Origin: a bacterium
GTDB taxonomy: Bacteria > Bacteroidota > Bacteroidia > Sphingobacteriales > Sphingobacteriaceae
Length of the DNA stretch: 64,000 nt
Assembly: GCA_031412335.1 (NCBI GenBank)
Contig: JANOCT010000043.1
Location: forward strand, 39,720-103,719
Reading direction: 5' to 3'
Shown here: positions 58,871 through 64,000 of the stretch, in pieces
Layout: every line of letters begins with the position of its first letter
Numbering within the stretch: the first letter of the stretch is position 1
Notes under the pieces: model-generated
The model's database searches: none
What the model saw: the letters and a program-made list of their open reading frames with translations, nothing else
What the model was told of the DNA's origin: nothing
Position numbers and translations under genes: made by a program

Positions 58871-59748
58871 ATTAGCGATAAATTTTTATCTTCGAAAACT
58901 GTTCTGAAAATAGTTCCTTTAGGCTCATTATTAAGCACTTTGATACTTGCTTGTTGATTTTGCAGAACTTCTTTTACAATAAATAGTCCTAACCCGGTAC
59001 CTTTAGTTTTTCTAGTATTTTCGTTTCCGATTCGATAAAACTTATTAAATATTTTAAGCTTCTCCGGATCAGTAATTCCATCACCTTGGTCTGCAACTTC
59101 AAATATTATATGATTTTTTAATTTCATTAAACGTACTGCAATTGTTGATGCTTCTGGTGAATATTTCATTGCATTTTCAATTAAATTAGACACAACAGAA
59201 CTCATTGCAAACCGATCTCCATTCAAAATAACATCGCTTTCAAGGCTAGTTTCAATTGTTCTTGATTTGCTTGCATGATTTTTATATCGATTAATTATTG
59301 CCAGTATTAATTCTGAAAAATTAAAATCCTCTTTAGGAAAAGAATAATTTTTACTGTCAATTCGTGTTGCAATTAGCATGTTTTCAACTAAATCATCTAA
59401 TCTATCAATATCTTGAATGGAATTTGAAATAAACTTTTTTTGTTGTGCTTTATCCAAATCCCTTTTTTCTAACGTTTCAAGATATAACTTAATAGCAGCC
59501 AAAGGTGACTTGAATTCATGAGTCACAGAAAGTAAAAAATTTTTATGACGATTTTGTAATGCTTCTTCATCACCAATTGCTTTTCGCATTCTGTAAGCAG
59601 CAAAAAGCAATAATGACAAAAATACTGCCCCTTCTCCAACAATCATCATCCACTTTTCTTTTTGCAATTCGACTAATAAAAATGCCCACCAGCAAAACTG
59701 AGCAAAAACATAACCTACAATTAAATAAAAAATAGTTAATGGTTTCAT
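58867..59748 (-). CDS. Membrane sensor histidine kinase with a minimal (intramembrane-type) input region
   Basis: Two TM helices joined by about 6 residues. H-box SVTHEFKSPLAAI. HATPase motifs NLIENAMKYS, DQGDGI, GTGLGL. Confidence 0.85.
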   Translation of the reverse strand: MKPLTIFYLIVGYVFAQFCWWAFLLVELQKEKWMMIVGEGAVFLSLLLFAAYRMRKAIGDEEALQNRHKNFLLSVTHEFKSPLAAIKLYLETLEKRDLDKAQQKKFISNSIQDIDRLDDLVENMLIATRIDSKNYSFPKEDFNFSELILAIINRYKNHASKSRTIETSLESDVILNGDRFAMSSVVSNLIENAMKYSPEASTIAVRLMKLKNHIIFEVADQGDGITDPEKLKIFNKFYRIGNENTRKTKGTGLGLFIVKEVLQNQQASIKVLNNEPKGTIFRTVFEDKNLSLI

Positions 59749-61115
59749 CGTTCAAAAACTTTATCAAGCGAATCAAAAATAGCTCTTTTTGCAATTTCTA
59801 ACTCAACTTTACTATGTGCTTGAGATACAAATCCAACCTCATAGCCAGAAGGACCTAAATAAATTCCTCTATTTAACAATTCGCGGTGCATTATCTTAAA
59901 TTTCTCCATGCTCGAATGTTCAATATCTTCAGATCGCGTTATTTCATTTTTATCAGTAAAGGCAAACCAAAAAATAGATCCAATGCTAAAAACTTTAAAG
60001 GAATAACTTTTTGCTGCTGCAAAACGATTAATTGCAGCAACAAAATCACTGGTACGAGTATTTAATTCTTTATAAAATCCCATTCTTAGCAATTCAGTAA
60101 GTTGCGCAATTCCTGCAGACATTGCTACCGGATTTCCAGATAGCGTACCAGCTTGATAAACAGCACCATCTGGAGAAATAAATGCCATAATTTTATTACT
60201 AGCACCATAGCAACCAACCGGTAAACCACCACCAATAATTTTTCCATATGTAATTATATCAGGTGCAATATTATAATACCCAGCTGCACCTTCAAAACCA
60301 ACTCTGAAACCAGATATAACTTCATCAAAAACTAATAGAATATTATTTTTTGTGCAAATATCCCGCAGAAATTGCAAATATTCAATGCTTTGTAATATCA
60401 ACCCATTATTTGCAGGAATGGGTTCAATTATAATACATGCGATTTCATCTTTATAATCAGCAATAGCTTTTTCTACAGCCTCTTTATCATTTAATGAAAG
60501 TACAATTGTTTCTTTAGCAACTGAATCTGGTATTCCAGCAGATGAGGTTTCACCCAAAGTAACCAAGCCTGAACCAGCTTTAACTAATAAAGAATCAAGA
60601 TGGCCATGATAACACCCTTCAAACTTTACAATCTTGTTTTTTCCAGTAAATCCTCTTGCCAATCGGATTGCCGACATTACTGCTTCTGTACCAGAACTCG
60701 TAAAGCGAATTTTTTCAATGAATTTATTATTTTTTAAAATCAATTCCGCTAATTCGTTTTCCAAAGGTGTTGGAGCACCAAAGGACATACCATTCGCAAT
60801 ATTTCTGGTTACATTTTCGCGAATTTTAGGATGATTATGACCTAAGATTAATGGCCCCCAAGAACAACAAAAATCAATAAACTTATTTCCATCAGCATCC
60901 CATAAAAATGGGCCATCTCCACGAGTAATAAATAATGGAGTTCCTGAAACAGATTTAAATGCACGTACAGGAGAATTTACTCCGCCAGGGAAATATGATT
61001 TCGCTTTTGCAAATAGCTCTGCAGATTTACTTCTGGAAATATCTGGCTTATCAGTTGTAGATAAAGGTCTCTCCAGTTCAGTTGTTGTAAATATTTTCTT
61101 TAAATTTTCAAGCAT
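59745..61115 (-). CDS. hemL: Glutamate-1-semialdehyde 2,1-aminomutase
   Basis: FPGGVNSPVRAF and PLP-lysine context TYGKIIGGGLP. The N-terminus is about 25 aa longer than I expect, so the start is uncertain. Confidence 0.93.
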   Translation of the reverse strand: MLENLKKIFTTTELERPLSTTDKPDISRSKSAELFAKAKSYFPGGVNSPVRAFKSVSGTPLFITRGDGPFLWDADGNKFIDFCCSWGPLILGHNHPKIRENVTRNIANGMSFGAPTPLENELAELILKNNKFIEKIRFTSSGTEAVMSAIRLARGFTGKNKIVKFEGCYHGHLDSLLVKAGSGLVTLGETSSAGIPDSVAKETIVLSLNDKEAVEKAIADYKDEIACIIIEPIPANNGLILQSIEYLQFLRDICTKNNILLVFDEVISGFRVGFEGAAGYYNIAPDIITYGKIIGGGLPVGCYGASNKIMAFISPDGAVYQAGTLSGNPVAMSAGIAQLTELLRMGFYKELNTRTSDFVAAINRFAAAKSYSFKVFSIGSIFWFAFTDKNEITRSEDIEHSSMEKFKIMHRELLNRGIYLGPSGYEVGFVSQAHSKVELEIAKRAIFDSLDKVFER

Positions 61116-61134
61116 ATTATTATTAAAACTTTTA

Positions 61135-62109
61135 TTAGCTATTTAGCCAATTATTTGCCAATATATCGTGTGCATGGTAGGTAATAATTATACCAGCTCC
61201 AGAGCGAACAAACGCATACATGTTTTCCATCACAATTTTCTTTTCATCAATCCAACCGTTTTGCGCCGCCGCCTTCACCATACTATACTCACCAGATACA
61301 TTATAACAAGCGACTGGTAAATTTGTATTCTCACGTACCGACTTAATTATATCTAAATAAGCTAGAGCTGGTTTAACCATAAGTATATCAGCACCTTCTA
61401 ACTCATCCATATTTGCCTCTATAATTGCTTCTTTACTATTTCGAAAATCCATTTGATACGATTTGCGGTCTCCTTTGCCTGGTGCGGAATCTGCTGCTTC
61501 TCGAAATGGACCATAGTAAGCAGAAGCAAATTTGACCGAATACGACATTATTAACGTGTTTTCAAATCCGTAGTTATCAAGCATTTCACGAATAGCTCCT
61601 ACTCTTCCGTCCATCATATCAGAAGGTGCAACCATATCTGCACCTGCTTGAGCATGACTTAAAGCCATTTTTGCTAAAACATCTAACGTTTTATCATTGA
61701 CAACGTACTCGTTTTCTAAAATACCACAATGCCCGTGAGTTGTGTAAGCACAAGCACATATATCTGTTATTATCAATAACTGATCTCCAAATTCTTTTCT
61801 TAATTCAGCAACTGCAGTTGCTATAATTGAACTTGCAGAATAAGAAGTACTTGCATTTTCAGTTTTAGCTTCACCCACTCCAAATAATAAAATTTTATTT
61901 AACCCCAGATTTAATTGAATGGCAACATCCTTAATTAGTTCATCACTAGAAAAGTGGTAAATACCTGGCATAGAATCTATAGCATGTTTAATTCCATTGC
62001 CAGCAACTACAAAATATGGGTAAATAAACATATCTGCCGAAAGCCTATTTTCTGCAACCATTTCTCTTATAATGGAATTCTTTCGTAAACGTCTAGGTCT
62101 GCTTATCAT
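61135..62109 (-). CDS. hemB: Porphobilinogen synthase (Zn-type)
   Basis: RPRRLR, Cys-rich Zn site DICACAYTTHGHCG, MVKPALAYLDI. Confidence 0.95.
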   Translation of the reverse strand: MISRPRRLRKNSIIREMVAENRLSADMFIYPYFVVAGNGIKHAIDSMPGIYHFSSDELIKDVAIQLNLGLNKILLFGVGEAKTENASTSYSASSIIATAVAELRKEFGDQLLIITDICACAYTTHGHCGILENEYVVNDKTLDVLAKMALSHAQAGADMVAPSDMMDGRVGAIREMLDNYGFENTLIMSYSVKFASAYYGPFREAADSAPGKGDRKSYQMDFRNSKEAIIEANMDELEGADILMVKPALAYLDIIKSVRENTNLPVACYNVSGEYSMVKAAAQNGWIDEKKIVMENMYAFVRSGAGIIITYHAHDILANNWLNS

Positions 62110-62112
62110 TAA

Positions 62113-63759
62113 TTATTTACATTTAAATATGGCCTCAGCTATACCAAAATCATCAGTTGTTCTACAAATTATCGGCTCATAAATACCGTTTTCATGCAAT
62201 TTTTTTGCCGTGCTTTTTCCAATTGATATTACCTTTTGCGTAGATTCAATATCGTTTTTTTCTAGATATGCCATAACATTAGATGGACTAGTGAAAATAA
62301 AAACATCGGGCATGTTTTCCAATTTAACGGGATTGGGAACGGTATCGTAAATTTCAATTTCTATAATCTGATTTTCTTTCAATTCTTTCTGAATACTACG
62401 TAAAGATTGCTTCCCAATTGGAAATAAAACAGTTTCATCAGTACATAGTTTTGCAAATTCAATCCCAGCTTGTTGAGGATCATTTCCTGTTCCTTCAAAA
62501 TCAACTGAAAACCCAAGTTCCTTGATTCGAAAAGCAGTTGAAGCTCCAATACATCCAATTTTAATGCTAGAAGGTATTTGGATTTCATATTCAATAAAAT
62601 AATCAATTGTATTTTTACTGCTAAAAAAAATCCAATTGCTAAGTTCCAAACTTCTTATAATACTTTCTCTATTATTTATAATTTTATCAAATTTAATAAA
62701 TGGAATAGCAGATAAAGTAAAATTCATGGATAATGCTATTCGACTTAAAAAACTAGTTGGGCTCTCATTTCTGGTAATTAAAACAGATGAAATTGTAGAA
62801 ATCTTTTCATAATTATTTACGATCATTTCTGCCGCACCATCCAGACTATCAATGAATTGAAATTGGCGTATTGGTACATCATTAGCTGAATCGGCTTTTG
62901 AAATAAAAACCTCATAACCATGATCAACTTCCTTACAATAAACACCTAAAGGCATGTGGCAACCACCTTCAAACAGGTTTAAAACTTTTCTTTCAACGCT
63001 AATTTCTTTCTGCACTTTTTTATTATTTATGGTTTGCAAAGCCAAAAATAAATTTTGATTTTTTTCATTTATCTGCAAAGCCAAAACACCTTGAGCTGGA
63101 GAGGGAATAAATATTTCTGGCTTTAATTCAATCTTTTCAAATTCAGATAGATCGAGATTTAAACGAATTACACCAGCGGAGGCAAGCATTATCGCATCAT
63201 ATTCTCCATTTCTAAGCTTGGCAATTCTGGTAGGTACATTTCCACGAATATCTTTTAAAATTAAGTCAGACCTAGATGCTAAAACTTGGGCTTTTCTTCT
63301 TGCAGAAGAAGAACCAAAAACAGCATTTTCTTTAAGTTTCCATTGTTTTTTTTCATCAACAGATGATTTTCTAATCAAAATCATATCCGATGGATTTTCA
63401 CGATCCGAAACCGCTGCAATCATTAAACCAGGAGGCGAATTAGTTGGTAAATCCTTGTGTGAATGAACAGCCAAATCAATCGTTCCAGCTAATAATTCTT
63501 CTTCTAATTCTTTTGTAAAAAAACCTTTTCCTTCTAATTTATCTAAACTCAAATGCTGAATTTTATCGCCTTGAGTTTTAATAATTTTAATAAATGATTC
63601 AATTCCTTGTTGTTTCAATAATGCTGAAACATGATATGCTTGCCAAAGCGCCAAATCACTCCCTCTTGAACCAATAATTATGGATTTAACGAGTTGATTA
63701 AATGAATTTTCTTGAGAAATGAGAGTTGATTCGGAATCCATTGAGCTGAGCGGCTGCAA
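62113..63759 (-). CDS. hemC/hemD: Fused hydroxymethylbilane synthase / uroporphyrinogen-III synthase
   Basis: The N-terminal ~320 aa are HemC-like (IGSRGSDLALWQA; cofactor-Cys motif FEGGCHMPLG). The C-terminal ~225 aa are HemD-like, in one uninterrupted frame. Confidence 0.85.
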   Translation of the reverse strand: MQPLSSMDSESTLISQENSFNQLVKSIIIGSRGSDLALWQAYHVSALLKQQGIESFIKIIKTQGDKIQHLSLDKLEGKGFFTKELEEELLAGTIDLAVHSHKDLPTNSPPGLMIAAVSDRENPSDMILIRKSSVDEKKQWKLKENAVFGSSSARRKAQVLASRSDLILKDIRGNVPTRIAKLRNGEYDAIMLASAGVIRLNLDLSEFEKIELKPEIFIPSPAQGVLALQINEKNQNLFLALQTINNKKVQKEISVERKVLNLFEGGCHMPLGVYCKEVDHGYEVFISKADSANDVPIRQFQFIDSLDGAAEMIVNNYEKISTISSVLITRNESPTSFLSRIALSMNFTLSAIPFIKFDKIINNRESIIRSLELSNWIFFSSKNTIDYFIEYEIQIPSSIKIGCIGASTAFRIKELGFSVDFEGTGNDPQQAGIEFAKLCTDETVLFPIGKQSLRSIQKELKENQIIEIEIYDTVPNPVKLENMPDVFIFTSPSNVMAYLEKNDIESTQKVISIGKSTAKKLHENGIYEPIICRTTDDFGIAEAIFKCK

Positions 63760-63775
63760 AATTGATTTGCGAAGC

Positions 63776-64000
63776 CTAAATTGTTTCTTGTACTAATATA
63801 TCTTTTGCCATTTTCATTGGCACACTTATGTATTTTTTTTCTAAATAATTAAGTACCTTTTCTAATACCAAACGTGATTGCGGATCCAATTTTTCGATAT
63901 CTTCAGCAAAAATTGAATCAATTGCTTGGTTCCTTATTTCCTTTATTTTTTCTGGAACAACTTTCATTGCAATTTCAACTTTTCGCTGTTTAATTATCGA
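63776..64000 (-). CDS. hemA: Glutamyl-tRNA reductase, C-terminal part (gene continues beyond the window end)
   Basis: The frame stays open upstream of the track's Met to position 64000 (...SIIKQRKVEIAMKVVPEKIKEIRNQAIDSIF...LEKKYISVPMKMAKD). It heads the haem operon and resembles the HemA dimerisation tail. Confidence 0.7.
   Translation of the reverse strand, partial: SIIKQRKVEIAMKVVPEKIKEIRNQAIDSIFAEDIEKLDPQSRLVLEKVLNYLEKKYISVPMKMAKDILVQETI

Overview
Low-GC chromosomal segment, almost certainly Bacteroidota. Support: type IX secretion (T9SS) cargo and PorP/SprF and PorQ-like genes, TAnnTTTG -7 promoter boxes, split transketolase, cmk-rpsA and dnaE-trxA synteny. Most of the window is housekeeping: lon, arfB, cmk, rpsA, both transketolase halves, dnaE, trxA, atpDC, and a tight minus-strand haem operon (hemA'-hemCD-hemB-hemL-HK-RR-hemE, with hemJ further on). 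The accessory or unusual content is as follows. (1) A 3202-aa protein with about 36 PKD-like repeats and a type-B T9SS C-terminal domain. A PorP/SprF gene missing from the ORF track follows it, a kinase/regulator pair precedes it, and it contains kb-scale near-identical internal duplications. (2) An AT-rich island at 35.6-39.5 kb. It carries a NO VEIN-like GHKL ATPase + DUF3883/PD-(D/E)xK gene split by one in-frame TAA, plus a 330-aa ORF with no recognisable family. This is my best candidate for an uncharacterised (defence-like) module, and the functional call is inference only. (3) The two transketolase halves are separated by about 3.6 kb holding two tandem paralogous secreted vWA proteins, a frameshifted orphan HigA-like antitoxin and a structured repeat. 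(4) Two intergenic repeat families. (5) A two-component system embedded in the haem operon. (6) A cytochrome c / copper-monooxygenase-like protein coupled to a thioredoxin-fold lipoprotein. No rRNA, tRNA, CRISPR array, transposase or integrase was recognised. All family calls rest on motifs read by eye; no searches were run.
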